Both the position numbers and the translations under genes were made by a program. DNA of 62,926 nt, the filler included, from Basidiobolus meristosporus CBS 931.73 (lineage: Eukaryota; Fungi; Basidiobolomycota): assembly GCA_002104905.1 (NCBI GenBank). It is 3 parts of 3 records of this genome, joined end to end, with 100 filler letters (N's around TTAATTAATTAA, not from the genome) between each part and the next. Parts side by side here need not be neighbours in the genome. Positions count along the whole stretch, not along the records: positions 1 to 28,003 come from MCFE01000891.1; 2 more parts are not named here. One strand, given 5' to 3'. Every line of letters begins with the position of its first letter. Position 1 is the first letter of the stretch. This document shows positions 1 through 12,426 of this stretch, piece after piece. Under the pieces are notes generated by a model that was not told the DNA's origin, searched no databases, and was given only the letters and a program-made list of their open reading frames with translations.

Positions 1-500
1 TTAGCTCTACTAATACATCACATAATACATTAGTCATTTGAGGCAAAAACTCATTCAAAATCTCTTTGGTCCCAAAGTAAGGCACAAATGGACACCTCCG
101 GCCTGTACTGTGCAAATTGCGCATGAAATTGCTCCAGCATGGCTTCCTCATCAAATCCCCTCACTCTCAGCTCATTTCTGATTTCAATACTTGTCTTGTT
201 ATATATCATCTTACATACATCCGCTGACATCTTGATGTAGAACTTATGCCACAGCTTTCTACTCAGGTTTCTTCCATTTTCTGTTAACTCTCCTAGGTAT
301 CTAGTTCTGCTAGATTAAATGAGTAGTGCCCAAATATCTGTATGAAGGCTCATCAGACACTTGGGCCATACCAAAATCATTTGGCAAGAGCTCAAATGGA
401 TCCAACATTGCCTTTTCCGGTCTGGACCATGCTTGCGAGCTGAGGGATGGGTTTTGTCTGGGTTGAACTAAAGATGAGTTGAGACTTGGTATAGGGACTG
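1..500 (-). pseudogene. Remnant of the transposon partner ORF
   Basis: Reverse strand is homologous to 38990-39489. It reads VCKMIYNKTSIEI where the other copy has a stop. Confidence 0.8.
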
Positions 501-852
501 TAGTGATAGATTTGGATACTTATACAGTGGTGTATTTACATCAACCTGGTCTTATAGAAAATATATATGAAAACTAATGTGATTGTTGAATTTTCCATAT
601 ATTATGCATGATGCATGTTGGATTGCATCGACATGGATCAGATCACATAAATTGCAGATTTCATATTTGATTACAGACTTGTGAATAAGCATCAATAAAA
701 TACCCAGTCTTTGTTTGAGGATGATTTTTGCAACATAATGATGGGATACATGGCAATTGATGGATATTTAATCATAATGCATAGAAAATTTGATAAATAA
801 AGCTGATCACGCCAATTCAAATTGTCTCAGCCCAATCCTTTCCAATATTAAT

Positions 853-1774
853 ATGACTTACTCATCTGAATGGTCTTTTCTCATCAATTCCATCACCACC
901 ACTGAATTTCCTTTTGACACACTAGAGGAGATCTATACCAAGAACTGTGACTGATCTACCCCAGTCTACTCAAGGAGATCCCTAGTTAAGCTTCTTTGCT
1001 ATTACAAGAACTATTGCCCTACAAGGTTTCATCCCACCATCCAGGTCAACAAAAGTCCTAGAAGCTTTCATTCTCAGCTGACAGCAATGAAGAACCTCCT
1101 TGCAGAGGGTATGTATCACTTAGAGCAAGCCTGGAGTACTAGGTTTAGAAGCTCCAATAGACTTCCATATCCCAGAGTGTTCAACAACAGGTTCCATATA
1201 AGGAGTATTTTGAATACCTTTCCAGTCAGGATCACAGGCCTTCCAGAGGGCAGAGGCACTTTTATTCTGGCAAGTACAAGGCACACTGTGTGAAGTTTCA
1301 AGCACTGTCTGACATTGAGGGTAACATCATCTGGTTTGGTGGCCATTTGCTGGAAGTAAGCATGACAAAGCACTCTGAGTAGAGAATTATCCAGAACTCA
1401 GTAGAGGGGAGATATGTATGGCAGACTTAGCTAATATAGGAGAGGATTGTCAGATATTAAAATGTATTACAGCTTATAGGAAGCCAAGGAATGGTGTACT
1501 TAGCAGGAAACAGAAGCTCTACAATGAGATATTAAATCATTTCACAGTGAGGGTAGAGCATACATTTGGATATCTGAAGAAATTCAGCATATTGGCAGGT
1601 AAATAAAGTGGAAAGTCATATACAGGAGAAAACAGCAGAATAGGTAAAATAGCTAAGATACTTATCAATGCACAGTATATTCATACAAGAAGACATCCTC
1701 TGAGAGAAATGTGTCTGGAGCATTATGAAGAGTAAATAAAGCAAGGAAAGCACTCCTCTGAGCAACATAAGTAA
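853..1774 (+). pseudogene. DDE_Tnp_4-type transposase pseudogene
   Basis: Homologous to the intact ORF at 39848-40771, with MADLANIG and RVEHTFGYLK motifs. It is broken by stops and frameshifts. Confidence 0.9.
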
Positions 1775-1960
1775 GATTGAGTAAAATTACCAGTAACTAT
1801 AACCTACCACTGGCATGATGGTAGAAATTATAGTACCAGATAGTGCCAGATCAATCTGGCACTATCCAACAGAACAAGCCTAATGAGAATCTGATACCTT
1901 AGGATATCTATGCTAAATCAATATAGATCATTCCTTATCTGAACACTTATCAGTCTAAAT

Positions 1961-2458
1961 ATGACTTGCTCATCTGAATTGTCTTCTCTCTTTGATCCCT
2001 TTATTACAATTGGATTTCCTTTGACATGTGCCATCTACAAAGTCCACTCAAGGAGATCCCTTATTAGGCTTCTTCTCTATAACGGGAGCTTTTGCCTTAC
2101 AAGGTTTCATGCTACCACTCATATCAATAAAAATATTAGAAGCTTTCATTCCCAGTAGAGAGCAATGGAGAACAACCATGCAGAGGGTATGAATAACTTA
2201 GAGCAAGCTTGGAATACTAGGTATAGAAGCTCTAACTGACTTTCATATCCAAGAGTGTTCAGCTTCAGGTTCTATATCAGAAGTTTCTAGAATACCTCTT
2301 AGTGATTATTAGCAGACCTTCTAGAGCACAGCAGCACTGTTGCCCTGGAAAATACAAGGCATACTGAGTGCAGTCTCATGCCTGGTGTGAGATCAAGGGT
2401 AACATTATCTGGCTCAGTGGGACATTTGCTGGAAGTAGGCATGACAAAGCACTCCAGG
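1961..2458 (+). pseudogene. More diverged 5' fragment of the same transposase family
   Basis: MTCSSELSSLFDP...RRSLIRLLLY...FHS aligns with MTNSSEWSFLINP...RRSLVKLLCY...FHS. It ends near the HD motif (catgacaaagc). Confidence 0.8.
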
Positions 2459-2829
2459 TAGATAATTTGTTACAAGTCTGAGTATAATAGCTGATAAGGA
2501 ATGGGGAGTTTAGATAGTATTACATTCACCAAGACCTGTACTGTTCTTTGTTGAGGTTACAGAAGCTTCTTATATACATGTTGCAAGACCAACTGCTGAC
2601 TAATTGTATTTCCCACCATAGGTTGTGGGTAATGGCTCATATAGTTGCAACAGCATCACCTATTTAGATCTACCTCAATATAACCATTCCTGTCTGAGAA
2701 GGATCTGCTAGATCATCTGCTGACTAATACTCTTGAATTGCTAGATAGTACTTATATACTACTAGACAAAACTTAGGACTATTTATTTTGACAAAAAACT
2801 GACCCATATTTAACATTTAAGTGGCATAT

Positions 2830-3505
2830 AATAGCATTCTTTCCTCTCCTGAATCTCTTTTCTTGTAACGTTGGTATCTTTATGGCTCAGCACTGTTAGT
2901 AAGTGCTACAAGCTTGAGTCAGTCTCTATGAACTAAATCTGCTTGGAAATTCTCTTGTTTGTCTACCAATCATTAAGTTGAAATGACCATTTTCTGATGA
3001 TCTTCAGTGGTTCTGTTCCTTGTGGCTCAAGCTTCTTCCCAGTGTTGTTTCTTAGCAATGCAAAGGTTGCAGCTGTCAAAGACCTTGATGATGTAGTCTT
3101 ATCAAGTCTCTGCTTTATCTTTTCTGTACTCTTAGAGATCTTGACCTATGCCTCCTAACCATTTTGTTCCAATTGCTGGTGTCTGCTGGGCTGACTGAGC
3201 TCATCCTTCAAATTGTTGCAAAGTTTGGTTGTGTCAGACCTCCTGGAATACTTGGTTCATATCCATACACTAAGTAAAGTGGTAATTGTTGGGTAGTGTT
3301 CTACACCCTTAGTCTACTGGCAAATAGTGCTTGGTATATATACTCATCCCATCTACTTACAGCTCCATTTGCATACTTGGTCCGCATATTTCTGAATAGT
3401 CCATTTGACCACTCAGTAGCTCCTTTAGTTCTAGTGTGATATGTCAAAGTTTTCAAATGTTTGATCTGCTGCACTTCTAGGTAGTCTTCCAAAGGGTGCA
3501 ATGGC
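2830..3505 (-). pseudogene. Ty3/Gypsy integrase relic (distinct family)
   Basis: HLKTLTYHTRTKGATEWSNG...WDEYIYQALFASRLRV resembles the integrase core (YHPxTNGxxE...WD..L..ALFA.R). A downstream LVHRD*LK-type motif is present. Confidence 0.65.
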
Positions 3506-3512
3506 TAAACAC

Positions 3513-4412
3513 CAATGGCTTCCTTGAGAGCTGTTACAAGCAGGGTCAAAAGCTCCAAACAAGTGTCAAAGAGGCACCAGGTGGCTGCAAGAGTGCCAGT
3601 AAGAGAAAAGCAGGTAAACACAGATGCATCTGAACAGCATATACCTAGGAAAGAGTGTTGTTTTACTCAAGAAGCACTTGGTCAAAGTAGTAGTGAAGGA
3701 CCTGGCAGTGATAAAAACCAGTGGCTACCACAGGACCTTGTCACAGCATGGGCTGAGAGCTCAAAACAAGCAGGAAAGATGATTCAGGTTGCCTGCAGAG
3801 TGCCAGCAAGGGACAAGCAGGCCAAAACAGATGCATCAGAGCAGCCTTTATCAAGGAGAAAATGTAGTTCAATTCAAGAGGCACTGAGACAAAGTAGCAG
3901 TGAAAGACCTGGAAGTAATAAAGGAAAAGGTAAAGGGGAAAAGGTCTACCCAAGCCAGAGGCAGGGACGCATAACAAAAAGCTGCAGTTTTTGCCAATTA
4001 ATGCTCTAAGCCTGGAACAGACTGAATCCCATCATAGCCAAGAAGAGTTACCAATAAGAAAACAGCTGTCTTCACACAAGTTGGAAGCACAGCCAGCTGA
4101 GCTACACTCCCGTGAGGTAGATGAGATTGCAGAGAAAGGCCATTTGTCTACCACAGCCTCTACATCCTCCATTGTCAACAGAGTGGAGATCTCACTGACA
4201 GACAAAGCAACAATGTCATGAACTCAAAGGGCTATCATAATGCCCTAAGTAGAATTTTGGAACATTAATAGGCACACAAAGAGGTTGCAGCACTTCTTCA
4301 CAAGCAGTGCTCCAGAAAGCACATTTGAATATTGCAAGGATGTATTGCAAAGACTGGCAGCTGAGGTGCTAGACCTTGCAGTGCCAGCTGAAGACCAGGA
4401 AATGTGGGAACA
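3513..4412 (+). pseudogene. Fragment of CACTA-family second ORF (ORF2)
   Basis: Homologous to 23332-25300 and to 44999-47050 (minus). It contains the 207-bp tandem module and the IVNRVEISLTDKATMS segment. Confidence 0.8.
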
Positions 4413-4419
4413 AATATTA

Positions 4420-6291
4420 CAAGGCTATAAAGTACCACACTCAGGATCAATCAGGCGCAAACATATCAAATATATTGAGTGGCAAACATTACAAGCTGCT
4501 AAGAAGCAAGGGCTACCTTGTGTTATGAATAGACACAAGGCAGGAGGAAAAGCTAGGCATGGCAGGAAAGGACTTAGGTGTGGACCATCAAGGCAAGGCA
4601 GGATTAAAGGCAAGGCTTGTTATTCAAGACCTGTGTTTATCAGACTGAGGAATACTTAAGGGGGGATAGGACTATATATACTTTTTGGCTATACTGATGC
4701 TGAGAGATATTAGCTAACACTTATGGGGTTGTGGGGTAAGGTACAGCAGCAGTGCTGGGGATAATAATATAGAAGGCAAGGCACTGAGACAGGATGGGGA
4801 TATGGATTGGGTCACCTGATCATGTGACTAAGTCATGTGACCTGGTATTTCCATATATGGTACTGGACTATGAGAAATACAATGGGATGCTTACATGGAA
4901 TGTTCCATTGTGTAACAATGGTTTGGAAAGGTCAGGAACTTTCTGGAAGGTGGTGGAAGGTTCCAGAAGGAATCTCTTAGAAATTAAGCTAGGAAGCTGA
5001 AACTTGGCACAGGTGTTGAAGGTTGTCATGTGATCATGACACCTTGAGGGTATGCATGACCATGCCATTGTGTTGGCCCTTGATGGATTTTCAGTAAAAA
5101 AGTGCTCTACAAGCAAATTCTGCTGCCCACTGATTCTCACCAACCCAAATCTGCCACCTATCTCATGGTATCAGAGCCAAAATCTGATGGTAGTCTCACC
5201 GGTATCTGGGCCTAAATCACCATTCAACCTGCATAGCTACCTGTATCCATTGCTGAATGAGTTTTGTATGCTTTCCAGTGAGATAGCAGTAAATGGGCAT
5301 CATGTAAAAGGGCAAATTTTATCTGTGTTGGAGATGCTCCAGCCATCAGCAAGATAGCCCACTTTTCTGGACAATGGACAGCATTGTGTCAAATGTGTGA
5401 GACCCAGGGGACTTACTCCATAACTCACACACATCATTATTGCCCAATCACAAACACTAAGAACATCATCTTTCCACAGAGAGAACCTACAGAAATCAGC
5501 ATGCAATTGCAGCAAAGTTGGCAATCTATAAGCCATTGGCCAGTATATGGAATTAATTGAAACTGGAGATGCTTAAGATAAAGGGTATCTGTTGGAGCAA
5601 AAGCTTTCCACTGGGAGCAATGCATTTGCTTTTTGACAATATCCCTTTACTGATGACCAAGCTATACATGGGGCATTTCAAGCGGTAAGAACACTTTGAG
5701 ATACTGGAGAAGTTTGAAAGAATTGGCCAGATATTACAGAGTAACTGCTACCCTAAGTACTTCTCACCATCCCCAATCAATATTCATACACATATGCAAC
5801 AATGCAAGTGCAAGGACTGGATGAACTGAGTATGTATTTATTCAAGTGGCCTTCTGAAGCTATTTCTACCAAGAGTACATTGGAATCATTGGGAGTCATA
5901 TGAGGATGCTGTATGAGTATTTATCCTGAAGTAGATCACCAATGCCAACTTGATGCATCTACAGCTTTTGTGCAAAGAGTTTGTGATGGGATTTGAGCAG
6001 CTATACTTCAAGCATAATACAGAATGTATAGATCTCTGCTGCTACTGTATCCATTTGATACTCCATCTTGCTTAATGTGTTGAGAATACTGGACCTTGCT
6101 TCACCTTTTAGGAATTTCCTATTGAGTGCATGTGTGGGGAGATAGGAAGATGAGTCAAGTTGCAGGCACTACCATATCTCAATCTCATCAAGTATATTAC
6201 TTTTAAGTCTGTCATGGATGTGATGAGTTGGCACATGGAGGACAGTCAGGAAGAGTAGGAAACTACTGAGGACAGATGTGCACATGGAGAC
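4420..6291 (+). pseudogene. EnSpm/CACTA (Transposase_21/tnp2-like) transposase remnant, interrupted by a solo LTR
   Basis: LALDGFS...CCPLILTNPNLPP...NLMVVSPVSGPKSPFNLHSYLYPLLNEF matches the tnp2 pattern DGF...WP...NLPP...GPK.P...YL.PL..E. Confidence 0.8.
4521..5041. mobile_element. Solo LTR (521 bp) with 5-bp TSD CCTTG
   Basis: Termini are tgttatga and tcatgaca. ccttg occurs at 4516-4520 and 5042-5046. Removing the insert restores the CACTA transposase sequence seen at 48190-48220. Confidence 0.85.
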
Positions 6292-8050
6292 TCCAGCCAT
6301 TAGCAAGATAGCCGGCTTTTCTGGGCTCAATGGATAGTATTGCAGTCATATGTGTGAGATCCAGGGGATTTATTTGGTAACTCACACACATTATTATTAA
6401 CCAATTACCAACACTAAGAACATCATCTTTCTACAAAGAGAACATACCAAAGATGGCATGCAATTGCAACAAAGTTGGCAAGCTATAAGCCATTGGCCAG
6501 AATATGGAATCAATTGGAAACCAGACATACTTAAGATAGAGGGTATCTGTTGGAGCAAAAGCATTCCACTATTAGCAATGCATTTGCTATTTAACAACTT
6601 CCTTGTTCAGATGACCAAGTTGAAAATGGGGTGTTTCAAGCTAAATGAGCCCTTTGAGATACCAAGAAAATTTGAAGGAATTGGCAAGATATTACAGAAT
6701 ATCTGCTGAGTGCCTGTCACAGGCACCAATCAATACTCATATGCATATGCCACATTAGAAGTGCAATGACTGCATGAGGTGGATATGTATTTATTTGAGT
6801 GGTGTTCTGAAGCCATTCCTGTCAAGAGTACACTGGAAGTATTGGGAGCCATATGTGGACATTGTAGGAATATTTTTCTGGAAGTGGATCACCAATTCCA
6901 ACTTGATGCATCTACAGCTTTTGTGCAAAGAGTCTGTGATGGGATTTGGGCAGCTATACTACAAACATAAAGCTGAGCACATAGATCTCTGCCACTGCTG
7001 TATTCATTTGCTGCTCTATCTTGCTTGGTGTGTTGAGAATTTTGGACCTTGCTTCACCTTTTGGGAGTCTCCTATGGAGTGGATGTCTGGGAAGATAGGA
7101 AGATGAGTCAAGTTGCAGATATTACTATATCCCAATCTCATCAAGATTATTACCTTTAAGTCTGTCATGGATGCAATGAGTTGGCACATGGAGGACAGCC
7201 AGGAAGAGTTGGAAACTACTAAAGACAGATGTGCACATGGAAATAACTATGCCTGTGGCATTAAGAAGCAAACCAGCCCCATTGCATGAGTAATCAGTTA
7301 GGTAATGCAAAGCTGGGTTGGGTGCAACAAGCAATTAATATTTATTACAAAAACTCTACAAAGGTATGCCAGATTTCTCTTGGTCACAAGCCAATTTATA
7401 CCCCATTATTTACAGAATTCATATAAACAAGAGCCAGAATGCACCTATAAGGGGGACTAGAATTCAGCAGATAGAAGGAGAATATTGGCTAAATACTGCA
7501 AAGTTCTTTACAGATATTCAGGAGGTATTCACGGCAGCATTGATGGCAACCAAGCATATGTTTGCAAGATATATATGTTACCAGCAATACAACGTATATG
7601 GCAACTTTGCAAGCATCACACTAAAAAGCCGTAAAGTCAAGGTGAAAGAAGTATGTCAAATGTGGCAGGTGTTCATGTTTGAAGAGGATAGTAAGCAGGA
7701 GGCCATAGTACTTTTTGATTCAAACTACATGTGGAATACCCAAGGTAGCAGTGGGTAAGCATAAAAAGAGGGGTGACTCTACAGTGTAATATATGAATTG
7801 CGCAAGGGGAGGTAGAAAAAGGTGATATCATTTGGTAAATTGGTATGGTAGCATTATACAGAACTAGCTGTAGGCCACCATACTGCTGTAATAATGCCAT
7901 CAGAGGCTCACAAGGAGACTGTCAAAACACCACTAAGTTTTTTGGTGTATAAGGCAAATGGATGTACTGGCTGGTTAGATCCACTCAAATAGTTGTTAAG
8001 TGCACTAAGACTGTAACAAAGCCATGCCACCCTTGGCAAGCTCTGTACAA
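6292..8050 (+). pseudogene. Second CACTA transposase remnant (C-terminal part)
   Basis: Restarts at the same internal point as 5337. It contains HLLLYLAWCVENFGPCFTFWESPMEW, which matches the H.LLH...GP...W.FPME motif of CACTA transposases. Confidence 0.8.
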
Positions 8051-9735
8051 ACACTTTTATATTTATCAATTTTAGTGGGCTGTAAAATTAGCAAAATGCT
8101 GTTGTGATCCTGTCACAAGATTGTATAGATTGTCATTAATTCCAAGCTGATGGTATTGTAGCGGTCTCTTGACGTGATCTTGATGGCTGTTCTGAATTAG
8201 ATCCACCTCCAGGACCAAATAAATTCTCATAGGGTTCCAGTACTCTTCCAAATATTGCAACAGTATACATCATTGTAGAGTTGCCCCAATTTCTTTGCCT
8301 ACCAACTACTACCATAGGTATAATACTTACAGTTTGAGTCAAAAAACCTATGGCCTCCTGCTTACTAACCTTCACAAGCATGCACACCCGCTGCAACTGA
8401 CACACTTCCATATCCTTGACTTTACAGCTTTTCAATACAATACTTAGAAAGTTTTTATATATCTTTTATTGCTGGAAACATATATATCTTGCAAACAAAT
8501 GCATGGTTGCTACCACTTTTGCCATAAATACCTCTTGAATATCCGCAAAATACTTTTTTGTACCTGGCAAGTATATTTCTTTACCATGCTGGCTTCTAGT
8601 TCCCCTTATAAATATAAGCTAGTTCTTCTTGTACAAGCTCCATATTGGATGGTGTAGAAGTTGGCTTGTACCTAACAAGAATTAGTTGCTTGTTGCATCC
8701 AACCCAAATTTGCATTACTCAACTGATTACCTATATGTTGTGATTTCATAGCTTTGTAATGCCAAAGGCACAGGTGTCTCTATGTGCATATCAGTGCTCA
8801 GTACTTTCCAACTCTTCTTGGCTGGCCTCCATGTGCCAACTCATCACATCAATGATGAAGTTGAAGGTCATACTCTGAATGAGATTGGGATATGATAGTA
8901 CCTGCAAATTAACTCATCTTCCTATCTACCAACTCATCCACTCCATAGAAAACTCCCAAAGGTAAAGCAAGGTTCAGTATTCTCCACACACCAAGCAAGA
9001 TGAACTACAGAATGGATGCAGTGGTGGCAGAGATCTACATGATCAGCCTTAAGCTTGTAGATTAGCAACTCAGATCCTATCAAAACTGCTAGCATAAAAG
9101 CTGTAGATGCAGCAAGTAGGCATTGGCAATTTGCTTCTGGTTAAATACTCACTCAATGTCATTATATGGCTCCCAATGCTTCTAAAGTACTCTGGGTAGG
9201 GATTACTTCAGAAAGCCACCTGTATAAATAGTGATCCAGTGCATCCAGTCCATTCATTTGTATAGTCATATATGAGTATAAATACCAATGGGAACTTGTG
9301 AGAAATACTTTGGGTTTTATATTCTGTAATATCATGCCCACTTTTTCAAGCTTCTCTAGTACCTCAGTGTGCTCATGCAGCTTGAAATGCCTCATGTGCA
9401 ACTTAGTCATTAGTGTTGGGATATTGTTGAAGAGCAAATGCATGGCTTCTAGTGGAAAGCTTTTGCTCCAAAAGATTCCCTCTATCTGAAGTATCTCTGG
9501 TTTTTGATTATTTCCATATTCTGCATCTCCAGTTTCCAATTAATTCCATATTCTGGCCAATGCTTTATAACTTGCCAGCTTTGCTGCAATTGAATAGTGA
9601 CTTCTGTATGTACTTACTGTGGGAATATGATGTTCTTAATGCTGGTGTTTGGATAATAATAATGTGTGAGTTATGGAGTAAATCCCCTAAATCTCACACA
9701 TTTGACAGCAATAACATCCATGCAAACAAAGTTTA

Positions 9736-10104
9736 TGTTGAAGTATTGGACTATTTGGTATCATTCAGCAGCTAAAAATTTACTTAACAATTCTAGGCTA
9801 GTCTTAGTCACTGTAGGACTCATTTTCTGCCTTAACTTCACCACTTTCTCCAGATATATGATCTTATGATTATTCCCCTATAGTCAGGATCAAATTAACA
9901 CTATTACCAAACATTATGTACTAACCCTGAAACTGTTACAGAATGCTCCTGAATATTGAGAAACCCTCCCTGCTTAGTGTTGCTGCTGTATTACTTCTAC
10001 AAAGGTATAAATACTGAGCTTCTTTATGAATAAACAACAGTTCAACTATTATCACTATTTCTTGATAAGTTCCTTATATCCAAATCACTTCTTAAATTGC
10101 AACA
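9736..10104 (+). mobile_element. Solo LTR of Copia family B (369 bp), TSD GTTTA
   Basis: Termini are tgttg and caaca. gttta occurs at 9731-9735 and 10105-10109. The sequence is nearly identical to the reverse complement of the LTR at 26098-26466. Confidence 0.95.
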
Positions 10105-12426
10105 GTTTATCTAGCAATTGATACTGGTATCTATCTGGGTTGGATAGTAAATTAGGCCAAGATATCAGTGTAAGTACCATCTTACTTTGGCTCTAGGTAC
10201 TGTAAGATTGGTGGCAGATTTAAGTTGATAAAAATCAGTGGCCAGCAAGACTAGCTAGCAGAGTACTTCTTCAGTGAGAATCTATCAAGTGGCAAGGCAA
10301 AGACATGGTCATAGCTACCTTTATGGTAGCCCTTACTTCTTAGTGGTTTATAATGTTTGCCATCAAATATATTGCAAATACCTGTGCTTGATTGGTACTG
10401 AGTGCAGTACTTTATGGCTTCACAATATTTGTCACTCTGCACAAGCTTCTTTAAGCAGGGTATTACTGGAATACATCTGAGGTGTGAATGATGTTTTCCT
10501 CCTGTGGTAGTGGATTCCTAACAAGTTGGACACTTAGTTAAATTTCTGATGTGAGTGCCATGCTATTGCTAATACATGCCGGTATCTGGACAGTTGCAGG
10601 GTTATATATAGCCAGCTGCAGGATGGTTTTCCATTTGTACCAAGTACATTGTAGGTTGCATCCCACAATAATTTAGGCAAGAAGTAACATTCAATCCTCA
10701 AAGCCCCCATTATGGACATTAGTGGAAATATGCCAATTCTCTCACCACAATATTGTACTATCCACCAGTAGATGGAGCACTGAGCTCACTTGGCTCTATT
10801 AAGTATCCCTGGCATTTTCCACAGGTGTTATCTCAATCCACACTAGAATTATGATGGACTCATGCATGGTACTGTCGTGAGGGGAGATAGTCACTCAATC
10901 CATCAGTGGGCCAACTTCTTTAGAGCTGTCACTCTGCAGGCAATATCCAGAAAGCTGGGTGATCCTAAAGGCATAACAAACTCACCTGAGTCAGTTTGTG
11001 CAAGGTGACAAGCAGAGCTAGGTGCTGTAATGAACAAACTAAGTGACTAGCTTGATCCTGTTGGAACTGTACTGAATGATGAATGTTCAGATATGACTTG
11101 TGTGGCTAACCACAGTCTACAATCCTTATAATACTTCCTGTGCCATCTGCATGCTCAAACATTGTAGTGGGGTGACAGTGACACCCACTGACAGATGTGC
11201 TCATTCCCTTAGTTTCTACTTCCCTATATCTCTACTACACTTATTTTAGTTTTATCCCATTTGTCTTACCCAATCAGTACTATCACATAAGCCAGTTGAC
11301 TATCACACCTGCTTACCTTATTGCATAAGTTACCCCTCACTTTATGTAAGATTACTAGCTATAAGTACTTCTATATTAGGCAAGTACCCGCGCCAGTACC
11401 CATGACACATGATCAGCCCGTGTCACCATCCCTACCATTTCCATACCATATATGGTATCCCCATGTTACACAGGTTTCAGAATACTGATTCCTGATTGGT
11501 TGGATGTGCTGTGCCTCTTAGAACCTTCCGGCACCTACTTAGAACATTCTTAGGTCATCCTGATGCCATTAAGATTTCTATTGATATCCAGAACCTTCTG
11601 GAACACCATGATTAGTAATCACTTAGCCAGTAAGAAAAGTATATAAGGGAGGCTCTCCCTCAACAATAAATCATCATCCCTTTTATCAATATACCGACTT
11701 GTTGATTAGTGTGATCACTGCTACCTGCTGCTACCTGAACTTCCAACCCTAGACCACAGGACACTCCCAGGAAACCGCGCTGACAGCCAACTGACCTTGG
11801 AGGCACTACTTGTGAGGAATACTCAGAGTAGGTATCTTTTATTATATTTGATTCTTTCCCAAGTTTGTTCTTGTACAGGCAAAGATACTTTTCTGTCTTT
11901 GTAACTATTGACCACAGCTGCATTCTTATCAAGTCCCTGCTGGTGGAGTTTACAGTTGTTTTGACTTTGGAAGCTTTAGTACATTGTCATCTCAAAGGAC
12001 GCTGAACCCAGCACATACTTTTGTTAAGATGCCAACTAAGTTGGGGATTGTAGCTCAATAGTTTTTGTTGTAAGAGTCTTGGAGATATTGGAAGTGATTG
12101 GGAGAACAAGTAGATTATGTGGTTTTCACTTAATGATTTATTGAATGTAAAAGTGGTATTTATACTTTTACCTGGTCTTGGCATTACAAACACGTAGAAT
12201 AGGTTAAGGAAGGTCCCAAGAACATGTGTGCAAAGTTTGGGGCTGTTTGGACAACTTTGAGAATTTTCATGTTCTGGGTACCTGGTATTTTGGTGAAAAT
12301 ATTCTAAGTAAATCCCGACAAGGAATTTGGTCAGTATTTTCTAGGATTTGAAGGTAATGATCTAAGTGACTAAGTTAGGTGAATATTTAGGTGGAAATAC
12401 AAATTTTTTACAACACTCCCACTCAG

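Larger units (their letters stand above)
1..1881 (+). mobile_element. Decayed copy of PIF/Harbinger-ISL2EU-like DNA transposon (left end outside window)
   Basis: Colinear with 38990-40915 over its whole length. The right terminus caacagaacaagcct (to 1881) matches the family TIR and is followed by aat. Confidence 0.9.

Noticed and set aside
2468-2815. Possible 348-bp LTR (tgtta...taaca)
   Set aside because: There is no matching TSD, no adjacent PPT or PBS, and no second copy in the window.
4285-4659. 124-aa ORF with basic C-terminus
   Set aside because: It is a chimera spanning CACTA ORF2, an out-of-frame transposase piece and the start of a solo LTR.
11660-11932. Antisense 90-aa ORF repeated at 22459-22731
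   Set aside because: It is duplicated only because it lies in the two LTRs. It has no domain features and no evidence of coding constraint.
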